Below are positions 54,383 through 62,681 of a stretch of DNA of 64,000 bases, piece after piece. Within the stretch, counting starts at the first letter, position 1. The number at the start of each line of letters is the position of its first letter. The stretch comes from an uncultured bacterium. Lineage in GTDB: Bacteria > Bipolaricaulota > Bipolaricaulia > UBA7950 > UBA9294. The translations under genes were made by a program, and so were the position numbers. The notes under the pieces were generated by a model. It had not been told where the DNA came from and ran no database searches. It saw nothing but the letters and a program-made list of their open reading frames with translations. Where the stretch lies: NCBI GenBank assembly GCA_965370555.1, contig CBDUVB010000004.1, positions 15,269 to 79,268 on the forward strand, in the 5' to 3' direction.

Positions 54383-55033
54383 TCAGGGTTCCTGCCATGA
54401 GACGCTGTCTTCGTAGAAACGCTCAGCTGCGCGGCGAGCCCGTCGATCTGCGCAGATTTCTTGCACCACCTCTAATTTGACAGCCCCAAAGTGCGCTCCC
54501 GCTTTCCAGGCTGCGTATAGGTCATGTGTATTTCGGATGCTCGCCACCACAACCCGAATTGAAAGGTCGTGTATTCTCGTTAGATCAACGACATCTCGCA
54601 CAACCTGTTCAGCATCTCCTCCACAATCCCGTATGCGGGCCAAATAAGGAGCGACAAAGCTCGCTCCAGCCCGAGCAGCTAGTAACGCTTCGTTAGCTGA
54701 GAAGACAGCCGTCGCTGCGGTTCGAATTTGATCTTTTGAAAGGATGTAGATTGCTCGAATCCCGGCTTCAGTAGCGGGTATCTTTACAATGACCCGAGCT
54801 GGGTTGATCGCAGAGAAAGTCCGGGCTTCTTTGAGGATCTCCGATGTGCTCAAACTAGCTACCTGGACAAAAACGGGGTCTGGAATTATGTTGAGAACCT
54901 GTTTTAGCATCGCCTCAGTCCTAACACGTTTTTTCGCCACAACAGAAGGATTGCTGGCCACACCGCTGAAGACCCCAAAAGTGTAACCCTCTCGTATCTC
55001 TTCAATATCCGCTGAGATAAGGAGCAGCTTCAT
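54383..55033 (-). CDS. Fructose-6-phosphate aldolase/transaldolase type 3B family protein
   Basis: Collinear with E. coli FsaA as I recall it: GVASNPSVV, VIVKIPATEAG (Schiff-base Lys), FVAPYLARI. 216 aa. Confidence 0.85.
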   Translation of the reverse strand: MKLLLISADIEEIREGYTFGVFSGVASNPSVVAKKRVRTEAMLKQVLNIIPDPVFVQVASLSTSEILKEARTFSAINPARVIVKIPATEAGIRAIYILSKDQIRTAATAVFSANEALLAARAGASFVAPYLARIRDCGGDAEQVVRDVVDLTRIHDLSIRVVVASIRNTHDLYAAWKAGAHFGAVKLEVVQEICADRRARRAAERFYEDSVSWQEP

Positions 55034-55072
55034 CTCCCCTCCTCATGACGATCCGTAGACTGGACCAAGGAG

Positions 55073-55846
55073 CTAGGCCGATTCCGCAAGGACGTCCCCT
55101 TCTTTGAACGAGCGGAGGAAGTCTGCCACTCTGACCACAGCTTCCTTGACTAGCCGTTCCCCCTTCTGCGAGGTCGCGAGCGTCGGATCCCCTATAACTC
55201 CAGAACGGCTGTACTTTGAGAACTTCCTCGGAATCGAAATTTTGGGCGGCGTAACAATGTCAAGCCAGCTAAACTTCGATCTGGGGAAACTAATCTCTTT
55301 AACAGCCTTTTCAATTCTCATGCCCTCAAAATTAAGAAATAGAGCGATAGACGTTTCGAACTCACCCGCGTGTGACATGCCACCTGGAAACTCTGACTCT
55401 CGGATCTCCTCAGCAACGTCTGAAATCAGATCGTAGTAACTCGTTGCCGCACAGAGTGCTTCGGTACGCTCGGCAAGCATGTGTGCGGCGGCGGAAAGCG
55501 CCGGTTTGTTCCAGCCATGGCCGTTCAAAAGCACTACCCTGCAAAATCCTGTCTTGACAAGGCTTTCACATACATCAAGTAAATAGTGTGTTAAAGTTAT
55601 CAGCTTTACAGAGACCGTTCCAGGAAACATGAGCTCTTTTTCGTTGTATCCAAAACTTACCGTCGGAGCCACAATATCCCCCGTAACTTCAGTCGCCTGT
55701 GTAGCAATATATTCAACGATAAGACTATCGGTTCCAACAGGGAGATGAGGACCATGCTGTTCAATTGACCCCACCGGGACAACCATTATTGCATTTCTTC
55801 TAAGTGCCGCTTCGACATCTTGCGATGTCAGAGCAACCAATCTCAT
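55073..55846 (-). CDS. Creatininase-family amidohydrolase
   Basis: VPVGSIEQHGPHLPVGTD and HAGEFETS motifs. The ATG at 55846 has ggaaggagg upstream. Confidence 0.85.
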   Translation of the reverse strand: MRLVALTSQDVEAALRRNAIMVVPVGSIEQHGPHLPVGTDSLIVEYIATQATEVTGDIVAPTVSFGYNEKELMFPGTVSVKLITLTHYLLDVCESLVKTGFCRVVLLNGHGWNKPALSAAAHMLAERTEALCAATSYYDLISDVAEEIRESEFPGGMSHAGEFETSIALFLNFEGMRIEKAVKEISFPRSKFSWLDIVTPPKISIPRKFSKYSRSGVIGDPTLATSQKGERLVKEAVVRVADFLRSFKEGDVLAESA

Positions 55847-55956
55847 GAAACCTCCTTCCAAGATTCGGTTTCTAAGAACAATCTAGCAGTTCTCTGGCGG
55901 TGGTGGAGGCTGGCTAAAAGCCAGTCTCCACCACCGTGACCATACACTCAGTTACG

Positions 55957-56952
55957 TTACTCCGTCCCTCCAAGGTATCCTTCTATATTCTCTTGCGTGA
56001 CAACCATGCAACCGGGATCAATGTACACAGGAGTTGGAGCAACACCCAATGTATCCCAATCTTCATCGGGGTTGTGAAGCCAAGAACTGTGCACAGCATT
56101 GTATGCTGCTACTACTGCCCAAAAGCCCATGTTGTAAACGTTCTGCACAACCAAAGCATCAATTGTCCCTTCTTTAAGTAACTGAAGGGCTGGTGATGTT
56201 GCATCCATCGACACACCAGCGATTCTATCCACGGTGCCTGTTTCTACAAGGGCTGCACCAATTGCGATAGCAGCAGTAGCATGAGCACCGTATATTCCTA
56301 CAAGATTAGGATGTGATGCGATCAACTGCATCAACTGTGTCTGTCCCAACTGCGCTTGGCCCTCGTCGTTAATGCGCGCGATTACCTCAAGGTCGGGGTA
56401 TTTCTCCTCGACTTGCTTTGTAAAACCATTAGCGCGAAGTTCAAGATTGCCCCCACCAGGCACATACTCTATGACGACCTCACCCGAGATCTCTCCCGTT
56501 TTTCTAAGGACAGCTTCCGCCAACGCGTCTGCAGCCATTCTCCCAAGTTTCTCCTGATCAGATCCAATAAAGCAAAATCTTTTGCTTTCAGGACTGTCAG
56601 CATCTGTAATAACTACGGCAATCCCCCTCTCAACAGCCTGATTGTGAACGTACAAGACTCCCTCTGGAGTCGCTGCTGCAGCTCCTGAAGTAATTATGGC
56701 ATCTGGGCCCAAAGCAATCACGTACTCAATAGATTTTACCACCCCTTCGGCTGTGTAATCAAGTGAACCTGTGACTTTGATATCCACTCCCAGCCATTCT
56801 CCAGCATCTTTCGCCCCTTTGATCTCAGGCTTCCAGTAGTCATGCTCCGGCCAGACGAAAACGAGATAGTACGTTTCGCTTGCGAAAGCCCAACCCCCAA
56901 ACAACGCTAATAGACATGCAAAAGCTGTTAGATAAAGCGCAATTTTTTTCAT
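55957..56952 (-). CDS. Sugar ABC transporter substrate-binding protein
   Basis: The ATG at 56952 gives MKKIALYLTAFACLLALFGGWAFA, a signal peptide. Periplasmic binding protein type I pattern. Confidence 0.8.
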   Translation of the reverse strand: MKKIALYLTAFACLLALFGGWAFASETYYLVFVWPEHDYWKPEIKGAKDAGEWLGVDIKVTGSLDYTAEGVVKSIEYVIALGPDAIITSGAAAATPEGVLYVHNQAVERGIAVVITDADSPESKRFCFIGSDQEKLGRMAADALAEAVLRKTGEISGEVVIEYVPGGGNLELRANGFTKQVEEKYPDLEVIARINDEGQAQLGQTQLMQLIASHPNLVGIYGAHATAAIAIGAALVETGTVDRIAGVSMDATSPALQLLKEGTIDALVVQNVYNMGFWAVVAAYNAVHSSWLHNPDEDWDTLGVAPTPVYIDPGCMVVTQENIEGYLGGTE

Positions 56953-57073
56953 GCTACTTCCTCCTTTCGTAAAAGAAAATCTCACTTACGCCTCCCTACT
57001 TGCGACAATCATTCTTGATCTGCAATCACCTCCTTCCTCATGTTTGTAATTCTCCACCTATATACCCCCAGCC

Positions 57074-58120
57074 TTATCTCGCCATGGCCTCTCGGCGTTT
57101 GGACAAAATCTTGTCTACTACAACAGCAAGAAGTAGGAACGAACCAAGAACCACTTTCTGCCACACAACGGATACGCCTAACAGAATCAACGCATTATTC
57201 ACTAGACCCATGAAGAGCACGCCAAGACTTGCCCCAAGAATGGTCCCTCTACCTCCGTCTAAACTGACACCGCCGATCAGCGCTCCAGCAATCACTCGAA
57301 ATTCGGTTCCTACTCCATAGTTAGGCTGAACCGAACTAAGCCGACTTGCCATGAGGACCCCGGCCAACGCAGCCAGCGAGCCTGAGATGACCATTGAAAC
57401 GAAGCGGACGCGGTTTACCGCGATTCCAGAGAACCTGGCTGCATTCTCATTCGAGCCAACAAAGTAGAGCTGATGAAAGAAACGAACCTTCTTCATCAAG
57501 AAACTGAACACAGCAAGTATGACTAACATAATAACAATGGGAACTGGTATGGGCCCAAGCGTACCGCGGCCAAGAATACTGAAGACCTTAGGGAAGCCGG
57601 TAACTGGTACTCCCCTCGTAATAACAAAGGCTAAACCTCTGGCCACGTTGAACATGCCAAGGGTGACAATGATCGCCTTTATACCCAGCTTGGTCACAAA
57701 GAAACCATTAGCGCAACCAACTACGCCACCGGAACCAATTGCAAGAAGCACCGCCAAGAATGGATTCATACCTGCTCGAATGAGGGTCCCCACTACAGCT
57801 GCCCCTAGCCCAAGCACAGAGCCCACAGAGATATCCAAGCCTCCCAGAATGAGGCCCATCGTCACGCCCACCACGATGATTGCGTCAAGAGAGATCCCAA
57901 CAAAGAGGGCTCTCAGATTCATGGAGGTAAGGAAAAACGGGCTCACCAAAGAGAGGCTAATAAATGCCAGCGCGATAACCAAGATGATCGCGGACTCCCT
58001 CATTCTCACTACACGAGTGAAAGAAGTCTTCAACGACGTAGCGCCAGACGCAGCTTTTTCTTTCCACCTGTTAGAAGCAGATTTCTTTGGCATGCTGCCA
58101 TTGCCGGACTGATCCTCCAA
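57074..58120 (-). CDS. Sugar ABC transporter permease (CUT2)
   Basis: Polytopic membrane protein. TTG start at 58120 supported by aaggagg 6 nt upstream. Confidence 0.85.
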   Translation of the reverse strand: MEDQSGNGSMPKKSASNRWKEKAASGATSLKTSFTRVVRMRESAIILVIALAFISLSLVSPFFLTSMNLRALFVGISLDAIIVVGVTMGLILGGLDISVGSVLGLGAAVVGTLIRAGMNPFLAVLLAIGSGGVVGCANGFFVTKLGIKAIIVTLGMFNVARGLAFVITRGVPVTGFPKVFSILGRGTLGPIPVPIVIMLVILAVFSFLMKKVRFFHQLYFVGSNENAARFSGIAVNRVRFVSMVISGSLAALAGVLMASRLSSVQPNYGVGTEFRVIAGALIGGVSLDGGRGTILGASLGVLFMGLVNNALILLGVSVVWQKVVLGSFLLLAVVVDKILSKRREAMAR

Positions 58121-58149
58121 GCTTTACCTCCTTATGTTGCTGTCTCCGT

Positions 58150-58833
58150 CTACAGATTTGAGATCAAGCACGATAACTTCGCGGCTGGGATCCCGATGAG
58201 TCCTGCTCCATGTCGAATAAGGGCTTCGATATCCGCGCCCAATTCGCCTGCGCAAACGGCTTTCAATAAAACAGAGTCACCCAACATCCTCCTCAACAGC
58301 GCAACCTCCTCTGTAGAAGGTCCTTGCTCGCTTAGGAATCCCGTCGATGTGCTGATATAGTCCACTTGCAGATCCATCGCTAACTTGCACAGGGCCTTCT
58401 TTTCTTCATTAGTTAGATGATCAATCTCCAAGACGAGTCCCGATACTTTCCCCCGGCAGACACTGACGAATCGCTCGATCTCTTCACCTATAAGCTTGTA
58501 ATCGCCCTCAGCAAGCACGTCCGCGTTCAGGACCATCTCCGCCGCATTGGCCCCCCTCTCGAAGGCTTCTTCTGCCTCCAGTATCTTCGCCTCAATCGGC
58601 CACGCGCCAAATGGATAACCAATCAAAGCCGTTACACAGATACTCGCTCCCCTAAGTTGAGTGAGTACACGGGGTATGAGCTGAGGGGCCACACTGATGC
58701 CCGCTAACTCGTGCAGAGTAATCTCCTGGCAGTACCGCTCGAGTTCTGCGTATGAATTTCCCATTCCACTGACTATGACATCGGTGCGGCTACACCATTC
58801 GCGTCTGCTAGAGTGCATCACATCGAATCCCAT
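58150..58833 (-). CDS. Degenerate DeoC-family paralogue lacking the Schiff-base Lys (DYISTSTGF) (pair C)
   Basis: AAEMVLNA (Asp to Glu), DYISTSTGF (Lys to Ser), and LLKAVCAGEL in place of VKAxGGIR. Start uncertain (ATG at 58833, 58818 or 58764); the first two overlap the upstream gene. Confidence 0.65.
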   Translation of the reverse strand: MGFDVMHSSRREWCSRTDVIVSGMGNSYAELERYCQEITLHELAGISVAPQLIPRVLTQLRGASICVTALIGYPFGAWPIEAKILEAEEAFERGANAAEMVLNADVLAEGDYKLIGEEIERFVSVCRGKVSGLVLEIDHLTNEEKKALCKLAMDLQVDYISTSTGFLSEQGPSTEEVALLRRMLGDSVLLKAVCAGELGADIEALIRHGAGLIGIPAAKLSCLISNL

Positions 58834-59509
58834 CCAATGCCAGCAGTTGGGAAGAGTCCCCGGAGTGGATACGATCCGCTCCGGCACTTAGCATAGCCGT
58901 GGCCTGTTCAGGTGTTCGGATGCCGCCCCCTGCCTCAATGCTAAGTACCTCCCCGAACTCTTTCTTGAGCAGAGCGACGGCGGCGACGGTTGTATTCCAA
59001 CCATACCCCCACGAGGTACAGATTGGTTTCCCACCACCTCTTACAATCGCTTCGCACACCCTAATCTTCTCCTCATCATCCAGGATGGCTGTTTGAGGGA
59101 CGAACACAAGTCGGATTGCTTTTGCAGCCTCTCCAATAAGTACCTTTACCTCTTCTTCAACTGATCGGTAGTCATGCGACTTCACCGCGCTGTAGTTGAG
59201 GCCAACATCCATCTCATCAACTCCCATTTCAATCGCTTCTTTGATGTGAACGACCTTGATCCTTGTTGTCATGGTTCCGAATGGATGTGCTGTTGGTACC
59301 CCAAGAGATATTGCACTTCTTTCGAGTAACTCTCGTGCCAATGGAACCCGCGTAAGATCGACAAACACGGCAGCAAAAGGATATTCTTTTGCCCATAGGA
59401 TAAATCTACGGAGTTTCTCCTTAGTTATACCCGGGCTTATGAAAGCCAGCACCAGTTTATCAACAAACCTATAAATTAGTAACGCCTCCACATTCCGTTC
59501 ATGCCACAT
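58808..59509 (-). CDS. DeoC/LacD-family paralogue, group II, Lys replaced by Cys (PICTSWGYGW) (pair C)
   Basis: Collinear with 48767..49462 and 51104..51784, but reads ICTSWG instead of IKTxSG. IEAGGGIR and RIHSG also present. Confidence 0.7.
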   Translation of the reverse strand: MWHERNVEALLIYRFVDKLVLAFISPGITKEKLRRFILWAKEYPFAAVFVDLTRVPLARELLERSAISLGVPTAHPFGTMTTRIKVVHIKEAIEMGVDEMDVGLNYSAVKSHDYRSVEEEVKVLIGEAAKAIRLVFVPQTAILDDEEKIRVCEAIVRGGGKPICTSWGYGWNTTVAAVALLKKEFGEVLSIEAGGGIRTPEQATAMLSAGADRIHSGDSSQLLALDGIRCDAL

Positions 59510-59712
59510 GAATTGGTCTCACCTAGCTACCATCTTACCAGCGCAAACGTTAAATTGCCATCCAGTAATGCTATAATGATGGACTAACAACATTATATAT
59601 TATTCCCATTACATTGTCAAGCAATCTGCCCCCGAAGACTTGTCCACCTGGAGTAAGAGAAACCAGTAGGATAGACGAGCAAGAAGACGATCATGGGATT
59701 AACGATGCAGAA

Positions 59713-60030
59713 AAGGCAGCCGGGGACAAGATCGCCAAGATCATCCTAGAAACGTGCTTGCTTACCGATGATGAAAAGATCAAAGCGTGTGAACTCGCAA
59801 AAGAGATCGGCTTGGATTTCGTGAAAACGTCCACCGGCTACAAGAAAGGAGCGACCATTCCGGATGTCAAGCTCATGCATGAAACAGTAGCCCCTCAACT
59901 TAAGGTTAAGGCTGCCGGCGGCATAAGAACGTTGGAGGATGCCTTGGCAATGATCGAAGCAGGGGCTTCGCGCCTTGGCACCAGCGCGGGCGTCGCATTG
60001 ATAGAGACCTACGACAGGCGATTTGGCTAA
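59713..60030 (+). pseudogene. 3'-half copy of deoC (duplicate of 49822..50105 plus divergent tail)
   Basis: 59713-59996 is identical to 49822-50105 (284 bp). The N-terminal 33 codons of ORF 59614..60030 are unrelated to DeoC, and the barrel's first half (IDHT, EVD motifs) is missing. Confidence 0.8.
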
Positions 60031-60036
60031 GGAGCC

Positions 60037-60690
60037 TTATTCTGCGTCTTCCAGCACTGAGTAAGGGGTCGACGTATGGATGAAGTTTGTCCCCAGTTCC
60101 AACAACTCAGCGGCCTGTGCCGTGGTCCGGATGCCACCCGAGGCTTCGATCGATAGATCGTTCCCAAACTCTCTTCTCAGAAGGGTGATATCCTCCGGCC
60201 TGCACAGGCTGCCATGCCCGTTGGTTTTCACTGCGGTAACCCCCCCTTCTAAGATGACGTGGCAGACCTTCAATTTTTCTTCGTTGGTCAGAACGTACAA
60301 CTGAGGAATCACGATCACGTCGAGATTATCGCCCGCTGCCTCGACCATGCGCTTTATCTCATCCAAGACAGTGGAGAAATCGCCTGACTTTATCGCATTA
60401 AAATTAAGTGCCGGATTGATCTCGTCTGCACCTACTTTGATGGCGAACGCTATTTGATCAAGCCGTGTTTCTAGGGTCATTCCCCCAAGGGGATAAGAAA
60501 CGGGAGCGGTGAGCAATACCTCAGTTCCCTCGAAGAGCTCTTTGGCAAGCTCGAGATAGGGTGCATCAACGGCGTAAGCGACAAACGGATATTGCTTCGC
60601 CCGTTCGATGGCCTGCCTGACCTCGTTTTCCGTCAAGTCTGTTCGCTGAATGCCCGTCTTGATCGTCCGTGCTAGAGCCTGTTTCTTCAT
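60037..60690 (-). CDS. DeoC/LacD-family aldolase paralogue, group II (pair D)
   Basis: AVKTNGHGS, IEASGGIR and FIHTS motifs. Strong RBS aaaggagaagga. Confidence 0.75.
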   Translation of the reverse strand: MKKQALARTIKTGIQRTDLTENEVRQAIERAKQYPFVAYAVDAPYLELAKELFEGTEVLLTAPVSYPLGGMTLETRLDQIAFAIKVGADEINPALNFNAIKSGDFSTVLDEIKRMVEAAGDNLDVIVIPQLYVLTNEEKLKVCHVILEGGVTAVKTNGHGSLCRPEDITLLRREFGNDLSIEASGGIRTTAQAAELLELGTNFIHTSTPYSVLEDAE

Positions 60691-60721
60691 TCCTTCTCCT
60701 TTGGTCAGATGCCGCTCGTCC

Positions 60722-61396
60722 TTACTCTCTTAAGCCTTCGATAATGGCAATCCCCGCACTGGTGCCAAGCCTGGTTGCCCCTGCCTCGATCATGGCGAGT
60801 GCGTCTTTCGTATTTCGTATGCCACCCGATGCTTTGACGCCCATCTCTCCCCCAACTGTTTGTCTCATGAGCTTGATGTCTTCAACAGTTGCGCCCTTCT
60901 CGCCAAATCCAGTTGAGGTTTTCACGAAGTCTATCCCTGCCTCTTTGGCAATCTGACAAGCGATTATCTTCTCTTCGTCGGTGAGCACACAGGTTTCCAG
61001 GATCACCTTGGTTACGATATCACCCGCTGTTTCCTTGATCGCTCGCATCTCGTCCTTGACTAGGCCATAATTGCCGGCTTTGAACATCCCGACATTCATG
61101 ACAAAATCGATCTCTTCGGCTCCCTTTTTTATCGCGTCCTTGGTTTCGAAGACCTTCCCCTCGATCGTAAACGCGCCGGTGGGGAAACCAATGGCAGCAT
61201 CGACTTTGACCGTTGATCCCTTCAATAGCTTGACAGCAAGCGGTATGTTGACCGGATGGATGGCCAATGAAGCGAATCCATACTTAGTGGCTTCCAAGCA
61301 GAGCCTTCGTATATCGCCATACGACGCATCCACATGTAGCTCCGTGTGATCAATCATGTTCGCTAAGGTATTCTTGTCAAGCTCTCTTACTTCCAT
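60722..61396 (-). CDS. deoC: Deoxyribose-phosphate aldolase, canonical type (pair D)
   Basis: [24 protein letters not shown] and VKASGGIR. Confidence 0.85.
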   Translation of the reverse strand: MEVRELDKNTLANMIDHTELHVDASYGDIRRLCLEATKYGFASLAIHPVNIPLAVKLLKGSTVKVDAAIGFPTGAFTIEGKVFETKDAIKKGAEEIDFVMNVGMFKAGNYGLVKDEMRAIKETAGDIVTKVILETCVLTDEEKIIACQIAKEAGIDFVKTSTGFGEKGATVEDIKLMRQTVGGEMGVKASGGIRNTKDALAMIEAGATRLGTSAGIAIIEGLRE

Positions 61397-61459
61397 GTTA
61401 ACTCCTTCTGAAAAGCTCTACAGTCCGCGCCTCACTATCCGATGGGGATGTGGCCCAAT

Positions 61460-62479
61460 CTATTGTCCGATCTCTTCCTCCGGTGGCTTTTTCGCAGCAG
61501 ATTGTTGCACCCTTCTGCCACCACTCCCTCGCGCAGCTCCGAGACGGACGTTGACTACAACAGCGATTAGGATGACTGCCCCCAACACTCCGTTTTGCAG
61601 GTACGGATTCGTGCGCATCAACACTAACCCATTCCTGATTACAGCCAAAATAAATGAGCCAAGAAATGCGCCAAAGATGCTGCCGATACCCCCCGATAGG
61701 GCTGTCCCACCGATAACCGAAGCGGCTATCGCCTCCAGCTCATATCCTGCTCCTTGCACCGGGGCTACCATGCGCAGGAAGCAGAGCGATATGATCCCTG
61801 CAAAGCCCGCGGCAAAGGAGGTCAGGAAGTAGTTGATAATCTTAATCCGATCGGTATTGATCCCAGATAGTTTGGCTGCCTGTATATTCCCCCCTGTCGC
61901 ATAGACCTTGTAACCAAAAGTCGTTTTGCTGAGAAGGACCCAACTGAGCCCTACCACAACGAGAAGCCACACGATAGGAACCGGTATTGTTCCGAATAGG
62001 GTCCCGCCCCCCATGACTTCACCGATCAGACCCCGATCTCCAAGGATCCGTGGTCGCCCCGCTGAACTGATAAGGACCAAGCTCCTGACAACCATCATCG
62101 TGCCAAGCGTCGCAATGAATGACGGGATCTTAGCTTTGGTAACAAGAAACCCGTTCATCAATCCAATGATTCCCGCCATAACCAGGGCAAGCAGAAATGC
62201 CAACGTGGGGGCGATGCCACTCTCCATCATTACGACAGACACAATAGCCGTGAAGGCGAAGGTGGACCCGATTGAGAGATCGAACTCCCCTGAGATAATA
62301 AGAAATGTAACCGCCATTGCCATGATCCCAAGGACAGAGCTTTGGCGAAGTACATTCGTCAAGTTCCTAGCGGTAAAGAAAGTGCTAGTATAGAAACCGA
62401 AGAACAACATGATTAAGATCAACGCCAGCAGCACTCCGGCTTCGCGCATCCTGAACAACCTTCTCAACAGCCTCTTCAT
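61460..62479 (-). CDS. Sugar ABC transporter permease (CUT2)
   Basis: Polytopic membrane protein with the BPD_transp_2 pattern. Confidence 0.85.
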   Translation of the reverse strand: MKRLLRRLFRMREAGVLLALILIMLFFGFYTSTFFTARNLTNVLRQSSVLGIMAMAVTFLIISGEFDLSIGSTFAFTAIVSVVMMESGIAPTLAFLLALVMAGIIGLMNGFLVTKAKIPSFIATLGTMMVVRSLVLISSAGRPRILGDRGLIGEVMGGGTLFGTIPVPIVWLLVVVGLSWVLLSKTTFGYKVYATGGNIQAAKLSGINTDRIKIINYFLTSFAAGFAGIISLCFLRMVAPVQGAGYELEAIAASVIGGTALSGGIGSIFGAFLGSFILAVIRNGLVLMRTNPYLQNGVLGAVILIAVVVNVRLGAARGSGGRRVQQSAAKKPPEEEIGQ

Positions 62480-62681
62480 ATTAGCTTAATCCTCCTAGCG
62501 GGTTTTATGCGCCGTAATGCCCTTCCTCCACATTTGTTCAAGGACTCGATTAGCTCAAAGCCGAGTCATCCAACCTAGTACGATTTAGATTGGTCAACAC
62601 GCACAACACACCCTACAACAAATTGTCACGTCTCTGCTCGACGATCAAGTCCCCGGGATCATCCGATCTGGGCGCACCTAC

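Noticed and set aside
59614-60030. ORF 59614..60030 as an intact functional deoC gene
   Set aside because: Only the C-terminal ~105 residues are DeoC, and these are an exact nucleotide copy of 49822-50105. The first 33 codons are unrelated, and the N-terminal half of the TIM barrel is absent.
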